A stretch of DNA of 32,000 nt from Fibrobacter succinogenes subsp. succinogenes S85 (GTDB lineage Bacteria > Fibrobacterota > Fibrobacteria > Fibrobacterales > Fibrobacteraceae), in the NCBI RefSeq assembly GCF_000146505.1, contig NC_017448.1, positions 2,310,001 to 2,342,000 of the forward strand, read 5' to 3'. Position 1 is the first letter of the stretch; each line of letters starts with the position of its first letter. A model generated the notes under the pieces. That model saw nothing but the letters and a program-made list of their open reading frames with translations, did no database searches and had not been told where the DNA came from. Positions 1 through 8,591 of the stretch are shown piece by piece. Both the position numbers and the translations under genes were made by a program.

Positions 1-453
1 CGCAACGTCATGCTGACGGGCTTCTTTGCCCTCTCCGGTGTTTCCACTGCATTTACCCCGCTTGCCGTTTCTGAAAAGCAGTCCAACATGCTCTTGACGA
101 GCTTCTTCGGTCAGATTGAACCGACCGTCGCCGTGACTCCGACCTTCCACATGGTGGGTATCGTCGGTCTCGAAACGTTCAGGTCTGACAAGGCTTACTT
201 GATGCTCACCGCCGATAACGGTACCAGCAAGACTGCCAAGAATACCTATTACTACGAAGTGAACACCAGCTACTACAAGAAGGCTCCGATCAATTACAAG
301 GACTTCGCAATTGGCCTTGGCTTTGACTGGGACTTCTCTGACCGCGTGGGTCTCCACTTCCGCTACAAGTTCATGACGCACTCTGACGAAACCGTTCCTG
401 ACAATGATTGGCATTCCCATTACATTGCTGCCGAAACCAAGGCATGGTTCTAA
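1..453 (+). CDS. C-terminal part of an outer-membrane beta-barrel-type protein (5' end lies outside the window)
   Basis: Frame 1 is open from base 1. The sequence has a Tyr/aromatic-rich, beta-strand-like alternation and ends ...ETKAWF; a terminal Phe is typical of OM barrels. The stop at 451-453 abuts the GGGAGG RBS of the next gene. Confidence 0.6.
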   Translation, partial: RNVMLTGFFALSGVSTAFTPLAVSEKQSNMLLTSFFGQIEPTVAVTPTFHMVGIVGLETFRSDKAYLMLTADNGTSKTAKNTYYYEVNTSYYKKAPINYKDFAIGLGFDWDFSDRVGLHFRYKFMTHSDETVPDNDWHSHYIAAETKAWF

Positions 454-468
454 GGGAGGATGCTAAAG

Positions 469-2631
469 ATGAATATGAAAATGAAAAATATTTTGATCGC
501 CCTTCTTACTGCATCGGTTGCCGCATCGGCTTCTGCTGTTGCTGACAATCAAAAGGCTTTGCAGGCAAAGGCTGATAGCGCCAATGCAAAGCGCGGTGTT
601 GAAATTGGTGGTAGCATTCGTGCTGTTGCACAGCGTTCCAGCTTCTCTACGGACCAGGACGTGCATAGCGTCAACAAGATGCCGAATGTCGAACACAACG
701 AATATGTGAGTGCTGACTTGAGCTTCGGCTTCCGTCCGTACGAAAACGTTCGCGCCAACGTGATTATGCGCCTTGGCGGCGGCATGCAGGAATACTTTGC
801 CGCAGCAGCAAAGACTCTCGAAGCCAAGTGGCTCAATGTCGAAGGCAACATCGGCAAGAACTTCTACTGGACCGTGGGTGACTTCCGCTCGGCAATCTCT
901 CCGCTCTCCATTTACAATCCCGGTATCGACATCTTGTACGAACCGACGATTTTCGCCCGCAAGCGCCACATGGCCCAGAAGGAACAGCTCCTCGAAGGCA
1001 ACAAGCGCAACCTCCAGGGTATTAACCTCCAGTTCCGTCAGGAAATCGACCCGATGATCGGTGAACTCCGCGCCGAGGCCTTCCTCGCCCGCGTGAACCG
1101 CGTGTCGGTCCTTGACTTTACCGGTGCTGAAGGCAATATCCTTCCGGGTGACGAAATCGCTGGTACGTCTCTTGCCTCTGCAACGGACAAGTGGCTCGTC
1201 GGTGGCAACATCGAACTCTTGCCGGTTCAGAAGAATGTGTATGTCGGTGTGACCCCGATGCTCATTTTCGATAATGAAAATTCGAAGTCCTACACTTACC
1301 GCCATCCGAACCGCGACCCGCAGGGCTTTGTTCCGGGTGATGCAGAAAACGCATACGAACGTCAGGAAATCAACCCGTACGAATACGGTCCGCAGAACAC
1401 GTTTGTGTTGAGCGCCCGTGCCGGTGCTGACGTGGGTGGTCTCGTGAAGCAGAAGGGTCTTTCTGCAGACGTGGTCGCCGAATACGCCATGTCCGTCAAC
1501 AAGGTGAAGACTGCCGCTTACGTCAATGATCTCGGTCTTCCGGTTCCTGAAACCGAAGAATCCATTAACGGTTCTGCCTTGCTCGCCACCGTGAACGCTG
1601 GCTACGAGATCGAAAACTCATGGAGCGCAGGACTTAGCTTGGACGTGGTCATGAACGACGAAAAGTGGTTCAACAACCTTGCCCAGTCCCCGAGCTTCTT
1701 CGCCCAGCGCGTGTTGAACTCCGACAAGGACGGAAACACGGTCAAGTACGGCGTGAACTCCCCGCTCTACTCTACCTTTGACGCTCTCTACAACTACTCC
1801 CCGAAGTTTACTCCGGTGGCCCGTACTCTCGGTACTGATGACAACGCCTTCATGGATGGTCAGTCCAAGAGCTACAACATCGCTCCGTACAACAAGAACT
1901 CCTGGGGTTCCAACGTCTATTCCGCAGCTCAGCTCGCTCTCATCAACCAGATGATCGATCCTGCTATCCAGGCAACCTTGCCGAACGGCCTTGCTACTGC
2001 AAACCGCAAGGGTTTCCGCGTAAGCCTCAAGGGTGACTGGCAGAACAAGATTGAAGCCCAGGCTCTCGTGAACATCTTCAACCAGGTGACTCCGGAAAGC
2101 GAAGCTATCGATAACGTGAGCTACAAGGAATTTGGCGGTGGTGCCAAGTTTGATGTCGCCAAGATGGCCGGCTTCAGCAAGGCTCTTGAATTCTCCGGTT
2201 CCTTCAAGCGTTCCGAAAACACGGTTACCCCGAAGGTCGGTACCGAAGCCAAGGTTACCAGCAACTTCCTCAACGTCGGTGCTTCCTTCCAGTTCTTGCC
2301 GCGCCTCGGCATTACGGGTGGCTTCCAGATGATTGAAACCGATTACGGTAATTCGAGCCTCATCAACCCGAATGTCGGTCTGGATGTCCCGTTCATGACG
2401 AGCAATCAGACTCAGTGGATGGTCGGCTTTGACTATGTCGTCGCAGACAATGCATGGCTCGCTATCAACTTCGGCATGATCAATGTCAAGAATGACTACA
2501 ACACGACTGTTGTCGGTGAAGAAGCCCGCAACTTGCCGGACTACTACAGTGCAACAGACGGCGCTTTTGGAACTTACGAACATAAGTTTAGTCAGGCGAT
2601 CTTTGAAGCTTCCATTAATGTGGAATTTTAA
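469..2631 (+). CDS. Large secreted outer-membrane beta-barrel-type protein, paralogue 1
   Basis: GGGAGG at 454-459 favours the ATG at 469 over 460. Signal peptide MKMKNILIALLTASVAASASAVA. The C-terminus is ...SINVEF. Strong codon bias. Shares blocks with the next gene (SPLSIYNPGIDILYEP / TPLTIYTPQTEILQEP; ATANRKGF / ATPDRKGI). Confidence 0.8.
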   Translation: MNMKMKNILIALLTASVAASASAVADNQKALQAKADSANAKRGVEIGGSIRAVAQRSSFSTDQDVHSVNKMPNVEHNEYVSADLSFGFRPYENVRANVIMRLGGGMQEYFAAAAKTLEAKWLNVEGNIGKNFYWTVGDFRSAISPLSIYNPGIDILYEPTIFARKRHMAQKEQLLEGNKRNLQGINLQFRQEIDPMIGELRAEAFLARVNRVSVLDFTGAEGNILPGDEIAGTSLASATDKWLVGGNIELLPVQKNVYVGVTPMLIFDNENSKSYTYRHPNRDPQGFVPGDAENAYERQEINPYEYGPQNTFVLSARAGADVGGLVKQKGLSADVVAEYAMSVNKVKTAAYVNDLGLPVPETEESINGSALLATVNAGYEIENSWSAGLSLDVVMNDEKWFNNLAQSPSFFAQRVLNSDKDGNTVKYGVNSPLYSTFDALYNYSPKFTPVARTLGTDDNAFMDGQSKSYNIAPYNKNSWGSNVYSAAQLALINQMIDPAIQATLPNGLATANRKGFRVSLKGDWQNKIEAQALVNIFNQVTPESEAIDNVSYKEFGGGAKFDVAKMAGFSKALEFSGSFKRSENTVTPKVGTEAKVTSNFLNVGASFQFLPRLGITGGFQMIETDYGNSSLINPNVGLDVPFMTSNQTQWMVGFDYVVADNAWLAINFGMINVKNDYNTTVVGEEARNLPDYYSATDGAFGTYEHKFSQAIFEASINVEF

Positions 2632-2646
2632 TGGGAGGTAACTAGA

Positions 2647-4788
2647 ATGAATTTCAATATGAACATGCGCAAATTTTTACTGACCTCCGCAGTAGCCTTC
2701 TCGGCAGCATCTGCTTTTGCCGCCGACAACCAGGCAGAGGTTGTGACGCAACAGAAATCCCTGTTGGAAAAGCTGGATTCTCTCAATGCGGCTGTGCTTG
2801 GCCTCAAGATCAACGGTACGGCTAAGGCTGGCATTGCAGCATCCTTCGCTTCTTCCGATCAGTTCGCTAGCGAATCTCCGACTCAGGAAAACCAGGCCTT
2901 CACGGATGTGAACCTCCGCTTGACCGCCCGTCCGAGCTCCGAGACGATGATTGATGTCCAGTTGCGTTTGCACAAGGATTGGCAGAACGCTTACGACGAA
3001 AACAACAACCCGATTATCGGCCACTGGTTCAGCTACGATGGTACCATCCTGAACAAGCATGTGGATTTCAACTTGGGTTACATGCGTGTCGGTTATACCC
3101 CGCTCACCATTTACACTCCGCAGACCGAAATCCTCCAGGAACCGGAAATCCTTGCTGAAAAGCGTCGCGAAGCACTTGCACAGCGCAACCTCGATACTAC
3201 GAGCCGTCGCCTGTTGCAGGGTCTCAACGTCGTTTACAACAGCGGCAATGTGAGCGTGCTTGATAACATCACCGCCCAGCTCACGGGTGCTCGCCTCCGC
3301 AACACGGCCAAGAAGATTGACCAGGTGTTCTTCGACTTCGACTTTGCTGACCGCTACCTCCTCGGTGCGCGTGTCGGTGCCGATGCCTACGGTGCTCACC
3401 TCGGTGTGAACTTCGTGAACCTGATGGACCGCAAGCAGACCCGCCGTTCTAGGCCGATTAGCGATGCCGATACCATCTACTACGATAACAACATGGTGAT
3501 TTCTGCCGATGTGGCTTTCGATTCCAAGAAGCTCCTCCCGGAACTCCCTGTGACGTTCGGCTTGACTGGCGAATTTGCCATGTCCAAGTGGAAGGTTGAC
3601 CGCGACTACAATGTTAAGGAAAACCAGACTTCTTACAACGCCATGGCTGGTAAGGAAGACGGTAAGTCCTTTGTCTACCTCAAGCCGGTAACGAAGGCTG
3701 TGACGACCTACACGAATGAAGATTACGCTGATGTCGATGGCAAAAGCTTCTATGCAGACCTCTTTGTGAAGGGCAATATCAGCGATATCGACTTCAAGGT
3801 CAATGCAGGCTACTTCCAGACGGATTCGGGCTTCTGGTCTGAACTCGCCTCTACTCCGGTTTACATGGGCCGTTCGACCATCTTCAATGGCAACGCTCTC
3901 TATGGCAACCCGGCTGATAGCCTCGTCTTGGCAACCTTCGGTGCATCGAGCCTCGAAAACCTCTACTTCAGCGTCTACAACTCTACGACGTTGCAGGCCA
4001 CGAACTTGATGACTTCTGGTGGTTCTAACTCCCTTAGCGCAGATGCAGGCGAAAGCAGCTATATGTACTCTCGCTTGGATAACAACTACAAGAACGGTCA
4101 CTTCTACCGTAACGGTTACACGAGCAACACCTACAAGAAGCTTGAAATGCTCTCCTTGAAGCCGTTCATGGATATCGACCCGTCTGTGAGCCTCGCATTG
4201 CCGCTCGGCAAGGCTACTCCGGACCGCAAGGGCATTACCGCCAAGGCTGATGTGAACTGGGCTGACAAGGTGACCTTCAACGCCCGCGTCAACATGGTTA
4301 CGCAGAGCAACTTGATCGGCTATGATCCGGTGACCTTTGCTCCAATCTCTACCGAAAACAAGTTCACGGAATTTGCTGCAGGTCTCGGTGTCGATGCTGG
4401 CGCTCTCGCTGGTCTTGACCGCCAGATTCTCCTCCAGGGTTCTTACTCTCACGGTGAAGAAGATTCCTACCTGAAGCGCAAGGCTGACCGCATTGTTGCT
4501 GGCTTTACTGCCGATGTCTGGGGTCCGATCGCATTGCTCGGCGGCTTCCAGATGTACACGAAGGAATTCGGAAATGGCTACGCTGTGGCTGCCGCTGCGG
4601 TGACCAAGGCTACGGAAATGCTCGCTCTCGGTGGTGCTCGCGTAAAGCTCGCTCCGCTCTCTTACGTCTCTCTCCAGGGCGGTTTGCTTAAGAACGAACT
4701 CGAATACTCCGTTATCGGCGTTCCTGCAGTTAACAAAATTTCCATCAGCAAGCTCGTTCTCCTTGCCGATGTGACGGTGAATTTCTAA
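2647..4788 (+). CDS. Large secreted outer-membrane beta-barrel-type protein, paralogue 2
   Basis: GGGAGG lies 8 nt upstream of the ATG. Signal peptide ...AFSAASAFAADN. The C-terminus is ...DVTVNF. Clear paralogy to 469-2631. Confidence 0.8.
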   Translation: MNFNMNMRKFLLTSAVAFSAASAFAADNQAEVVTQQKSLLEKLDSLNAAVLGLKINGTAKAGIAASFASSDQFASESPTQENQAFTDVNLRLTARPSSETMIDVQLRLHKDWQNAYDENNNPIIGHWFSYDGTILNKHVDFNLGYMRVGYTPLTIYTPQTEILQEPEILAEKRREALAQRNLDTTSRRLLQGLNVVYNSGNVSVLDNITAQLTGARLRNTAKKIDQVFFDFDFADRYLLGARVGADAYGAHLGVNFVNLMDRKQTRRSRPISDADTIYYDNNMVISADVAFDSKKLLPELPVTFGLTGEFAMSKWKVDRDYNVKENQTSYNAMAGKEDGKSFVYLKPVTKAVTTYTNEDYADVDGKSFYADLFVKGNISDIDFKVNAGYFQTDSGFWSELASTPVYMGRSTIFNGNALYGNPADSLVLATFGASSLENLYFSVYNSTTLQATNLMTSGGSNSLSADAGESSYMYSRLDNNYKNGHFYRNGYTSNTYKKLEMLSLKPFMDIDPSVSLALPLGKATPDRKGITAKADVNWADKVTFNARVNMVTQSNLIGYDPVTFAPISTENKFTEFAAGLGVDAGALAGLDRQILLQGSYSHGEEDSYLKRKADRIVAGFTADVWGPIALLGGFQMYTKEFGNGYAVAAAAVTKATEMLALGGARVKLAPLSYVSLQGGLLKNELEYSVIGVPAVNKISISKLVLLADVTVNF

Positions 4789-4800
4789 GAGGTGCTGAAA

Positions 4801-5460
4801 ATGAAAAAACTTCACCAGTACATGATGATTCTCGTGGCAGGCGTTTTGAGCGCCTGCGGCTCAATGGCCGTTAACGACCCTTATGTAGAAGCCCTTCCGG
4901 AAGGCTTTAACGCTCAGGAATACATGTCCTTGCACCCTGAACTGCGTGCTCGCCAGCTCAAGGACTATGTGGCTGATTATAATAGTCAGTTTAAGGACAG
5001 TCTTGGTAAAGATTACGATGCCGTAAAGAAGGCCGATGATGCCGCATTCCTCCAGGATGCGGAAAGACTCGGTGCCATCTACACGCATCCGCAGATTGGC
5101 GCCCATTCTTATGAACAGTGGGCTGATCTCATTGCCCAGATGAGTTCTGCTGACAGCACGGCTAACGAAATTTTCAATAGCTTGGCTGAATACAACTTTA
5201 TCAACGTTGCTGACGATGCCGCTTTGCTCCTCACAGTCCCTGTGGACTATGTGGCCATCTCCCAGCAGTTCAACGTATTCGGTAGAGAACATGGCTGGGC
5301 CTACCGTGCCTGCCGTGCTGACGAAGCCGCTAACCCGGCCCGCAGTTCTTTCGATATTGAAAAAAAGCAGGCCTCCAGGGCTACTTCTGCTGCCGGCTTC
5401 ACTCCGGATACCGGACTTTACTGCCGTGACGCAGCTGGCGTTGATCGTCTGATTCAATAG
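4801..5460 (+). CDS. Lipoprotein of unknown function
   Basis: An AAGAGGTG RBS precedes the ATG at 4801 (the ORF track starts at a GTG at 4792). The lipobox in MKKLHQYMMILVAGVLSAC-GS is L-S-A-C. Translationally packed between its neighbours. Confidence 0.75.
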   Translation: MKKLHQYMMILVAGVLSACGSMAVNDPYVEALPEGFNAQEYMSLHPELRARQLKDYVADYNSQFKDSLGKDYDAVKKADDAAFLQDAERLGAIYTHPQIGAHSYEQWADLIAQMSSADSTANEIFNSLAEYNFINVADDAALLLTVPVDYVAISQQFNVFGREHGWAYRACRADEAANPARSSFDIEKKQASRATSAAGFTPDTGLYCRDAAGVDRLIQ

Positions 5461-5477
5461 GATAAGAGGTATTCAAA

Positions 5478-6530
5478 ATGAACTTTAAAGTTATTACATT
5501 GGCTCTTGCCATGGGCGCTGCAATGGCCCAGGCTGCCGCTGACAAAGTGATTGGCTTCTATCCGTATTGGAGTCAGTATTCTCAGTTCTACGCCAAGGAT
5601 ATCCGCTACAATCTCGTGACCGACATCCACTATATGTCTATCACCCCGACTGCAGAAGGTACGGTTGCCTTTGCCGACGAATACGATGCCGACAACTTCA
5701 AGAACCTCGCTAGCATGTCCAAGGAAAATGGTGTGAAGCTCATCGTTTCCGTGGGTGGCATGGAAGCTGAATCGAACCTCAAGGCTATCGCCTCCTCCGA
5801 CGAAACGCTTTCTTCCTTCGTCTCTAACGTGAAGGACTGGATTGCAACGAACGGTGGTGACGGTGTTGAACTCGACTGGCAAAACCTCACGACGGATGAT
5901 TCCGAAGACTATGCCAAGATGGTGAACGCCTTGGTCGACGGTCTTTCGGGCTCGACGGTGACGGCCGTGATTTACCCGGCCGCCGGTATGGATGCCTACA
6001 AGGCCGAAGCCTTGAACCGCCTCGCTTACGTGGACGTGTTTATGACTGACCTCATGACCGAAAGTGAAAGCAGCCTCGTTCCGAACCAGAGCGCAAACTC
6101 TGTTCAGGAAACGCTTGACGCTGTTGCCTCTGCCGGTGTGAACAAGGATCTCCTTGCTCCGGTGGTGTTCATGTACGGTAAGTCCTTTGCTGGTGCTAAG
6201 GGCCTTGGCTCTAGCCATCAGGGCGTGGGCAGCGGTAACGAAGGTTACCTCCCGTACGCTGAACTCATGAACCGCTTTGACACTCCGGACTACACGGTGA
6301 CTTTTGATGAAGCTTCCAAGTCCGAAGTGGCTGTGAGCGAAACCGAATCTATCGTGTTCATGGGTATCCCGTCTGTGAAGGCTGTGGCTCAGCACGTGAA
6401 GAGCGAAGGCATGGCAGGCGTTGCCGTGTACGACCTCTCCCAGGACCACTACGAACCGATCGTCTCGCTCCTCGTGACGGTTGGCCTCGAACTCCGTCCG
6501 GGCGTGAACTACAAGGCTTCCAAGAAGTAA
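5478..6530 (+). CDS. GH18 (chitinase-like) family protein with a substituted catalytic motif (DGVELDWQ)
   Basis: Signal peptide is present. GH18 landmarks are VIGFYPYWSQY near the N-terminus, SVGG, GDGVELDWQN at the DxxDxDxE position, and GVAVYDLSQD near the C-terminus. AAGAGG RBS. Confidence 0.75.
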   Translation: MNFKVITLALAMGAAMAQAAADKVIGFYPYWSQYSQFYAKDIRYNLVTDIHYMSITPTAEGTVAFADEYDADNFKNLASMSKENGVKLIVSVGGMEAESNLKAIASSDETLSSFVSNVKDWIATNGGDGVELDWQNLTTDDSEDYAKMVNALVDGLSGSTVTAVIYPAAGMDAYKAEALNRLAYVDVFMTDLMTESESSLVPNQSANSVQETLDAVASAGVNKDLLAPVVFMYGKSFAGAKGLGSSHQGVGSGNEGYLPYAELMNRFDTPDYTVTFDEASKSEVAVSETESIVFMGIPSVKAVAQHVKSEGMAGVAVYDLSQDHYEPIVSLLVTVGLELRPGVNYKASKK

Positions 6531-6572
6531 TTCTCGGTTAGCTAGAATCGCGAGATTCACAAACGCTTTTAA

Positions 6573-6608
6573 AAATCCTCGACGCAACCGCGCCGAGGAT
6601 TTTTTCTT
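6573..6608 (+). terminator. Rho-independent terminator of the OM/lipoprotein/GH18 operon
   Basis: Stem AAATCCTCG ... CGAGGATTT followed by a T-run. Confidence 0.7.
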
Positions 6609-6759
6609 TCGTCTTTCGTCTGTAGCCACGAAGTGGCGTTCTCTCGTCTGGCCGCTACACTCGATACACTTGGCGTTGCCTATAGTAAACATTAAAATGG
6701 GTGGTGGAGGTACGCTTTTACAAAAGAAAAGGTATTTTTTAGCAAAAATGAGGTTTTGT

Positions 6760-8520
6760 ATGCGTAAACATCTATTGGCCGCGCTTGCTCTTGCGGTGCC
6801 GACTTTTGCAATCCCGCTGGTGAACCAGCTTGGATTTGCCCCTGAATCCGAAAAGACGGTCGTCATCCCCGGTAACGACGCGAACCCGCTCGAAGTCCGC
6901 GACATGGCAGGGAACACGGTGCTTACGCTTGAAGCCCCGATGGTCTATGACTGGGATTACAGCGGCGAAGAAGTCCAGACTTACGATATTTCTTCGATCA
7001 AGAAGCCGGGTACGTACCGCCTGTACAGAGACGGCTATATCGGTAATCCGGTCGTGATTGGCGAGAACGTCTATGAAGATTTGACGAAGGCCGCTCTCAA
7101 GTGGTTCTATTTCCAGCGTGCAGGCATGGCTCTTGATACGCGCTATGCAGGCAAGTGGGCTCGTGCGGCAGGCCACATTGACGATAGCGTGACTGTTTAC
7201 GGTACGGATTTGCCGACGGCGACGGTTGTTGCGCAGTCCAAGGGCAAGCCCGCTCCAAAGAAGGCTGACCCGAAGATTATCAAGTCGCAGCGCGGCTGGT
7301 ACGATGCCGGTGACTACGGCAAGTACATTGTGAACTCGGGCATTACCGTGTTTACGCTCTTGGAACTTTACGAACACTTCCCGGCTTTCATGGATACGCT
7401 CCAGTGGAACATCCCGCGTGAATTTCCGAAGATGCCGGCGCTCCTCGAAGAAATCCGCTGGAATTTGGATTGGATGCTTTCGATGCAGGACAAGGATGGT
7501 GGTGTTTACCACAAGCTCACGTCGCTCAAGTTCGGCTCCAGCACGATGCCTGAAATTGATGGCGCGAAGCGCTATGCGATTGAAAAGAGCTTGACTGCAA
7601 CGCTTGACTTTGCCGCTGTGATGGCGCAGGCTTCTCGCGTGTATGCACCGTTTGACAAGGCTTTTGCAGACCGCATGCTTAAGGCTTCTGGCGCTGCCTA
7701 TTATTGGGCCAAGCACAATCCGAAGGCTTTGTATAAGCAGCCCTCCGATGTGCAGACCGGCGACTATACGTATGGTGGCGAAGACGGCAAGGATGAATTT
7801 GCCTTTGCTGCAACGGAACTTTTCCGCGCCACGAAGAAGAAGAATTACCTCAATGACTTGAGCGCTTACAAAATCAGAAGCGATGGACCGTGGTGGGGCG
7901 ATGTGAACATGCTCGCCGTTTATCATGTGGCTCTTGATTCAGCGGACTTTGGCGCAAAGCTCGGTGGTGCCGCTCGCAAGGCTTTGCTTGCCGCTGCAAA
8001 CGAACTCCGCGCTGTTGGCGATACGAGTGCTTACAGACTCCCGGCTCTCCCGTCTAGCTGGAACTGGGGCAGTAACAGTGCCATGGCGAACAACGGAATC
8101 GTGTTGCTCCACGCTTATTATGTCACGGGCGACAAGAGCTACTTGGATGGCGCCCAGCAGTGCCTCGATTACCTCTTGGGCAAGAACCCGATTGAAATGA
8201 CGTACGTGACAGGCTTTGGCTACAGAAGCCCGCGCAACCCGCACCATCGCGTGAGTGAATCGGACTTTGTCGATGATCCGGTCCCGGGCATGCTCGTGGG
8301 CGGTCCGCACTTGGGCAAGCAGGATATCAACCTTGATGGCAAGGAACTTTGGAAATGCCCGAACTACGCTATTGCGGATAAGCCGGCTCTTGCCTACATC
8401 GATAACCGTTGCAGCTATGCGACAAACGAAGTGGCCATCAACTGGAACGCTCCGCTTGCATATCTCGCTGGCGCCTTGCAGGCCATTTACGTAGGCCACG
8501 CCAATGCGGTTGTGAAGTAA
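6760..8520 (+). CDS. Glycoside hydrolase family 9 endoglucanase with an N-terminal Ig-like (CelD_N-type) domain
   Basis: GH9 signatures are WYDAGDYGKY, NPHHR and YATNEVAINWNAPLAYL. The signal peptide MRKHLLAALALAVPTFA starts at the ATG at 6760; the track's TTG start at 6670 and the ATG at 6748 are less likely. Confidence 0.9.
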   Translation: MRKHLLAALALAVPTFAIPLVNQLGFAPESEKTVVIPGNDANPLEVRDMAGNTVLTLEAPMVYDWDYSGEEVQTYDISSIKKPGTYRLYRDGYIGNPVVIGENVYEDLTKAALKWFYFQRAGMALDTRYAGKWARAAGHIDDSVTVYGTDLPTATVVAQSKGKPAPKKADPKIIKSQRGWYDAGDYGKYIVNSGITVFTLLELYEHFPAFMDTLQWNIPREFPKMPALLEEIRWNLDWMLSMQDKDGGVYHKLTSLKFGSSTMPEIDGAKRYAIEKSLTATLDFAAVMAQASRVYAPFDKAFADRMLKASGAAYYWAKHNPKALYKQPSDVQTGDYTYGGEDGKDEFAFAATELFRATKKKNYLNDLSAYKIRSDGPWWGDVNMLAVYHVALDSADFGAKLGGAARKALLAAANELRAVGDTSAYRLPALPSSWNWGSNSAMANNGIVLLHAYYVTGDKSYLDGAQQCLDYLLGKNPIEMTYVTGFGYRSPRNPHHRVSESDFVDDPVPGMLVGGPHLGKQDINLDGKELWKCPNYAIADKPALAYIDNRCSYATNEVAINWNAPLAYLAGALQAIYVGHANAVVK

Positions 8521-8549
8521 GTTTGCGCTAGGTTGTGTGATTTAGGAAT

Positions 8550-8574
8550 AGGCGGGCTTTGGCCCGCCTTTTTA
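8550..8574. terminator. Bidirectional hairpin terminator between the convergent GH9 and pabB genes
   Basis: AGGCGGGC-TTTG-GCCCGCCT with a T-run on the + side. Confidence 0.7.
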
Positions 8575-8591
8575 TGTTTACATGTTGGCGG

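Noticed and set aside
2677-4815. A 712-aa stop-free ORF on the minus strand, exactly antisense to the OM protein gene. Similar long antisense ORFs lie at 463-1305, 1618-2583, 5454-6917, 6772-7926, 14450-15535, 22022-23227, 25348-26394, 27507-29312 and 30418-31395.
   Set aside because: The translations are low-complexity and Arg/His/Val-rich, with no motifs, signal peptides or RBSs. The sense genes have clear homology. Strong sense-strand codon bias avoids TTA/CTA/TCA, which removes antisense stops, so these are shadow ORFs.
6670-6759. An upstream TTG start for the GH9 gene.
   Set aside because: It would add 30 non-signal-peptide residues. The ATG at 6760 gives a canonical signal peptide (MRKHLLAALALAVPTFA).
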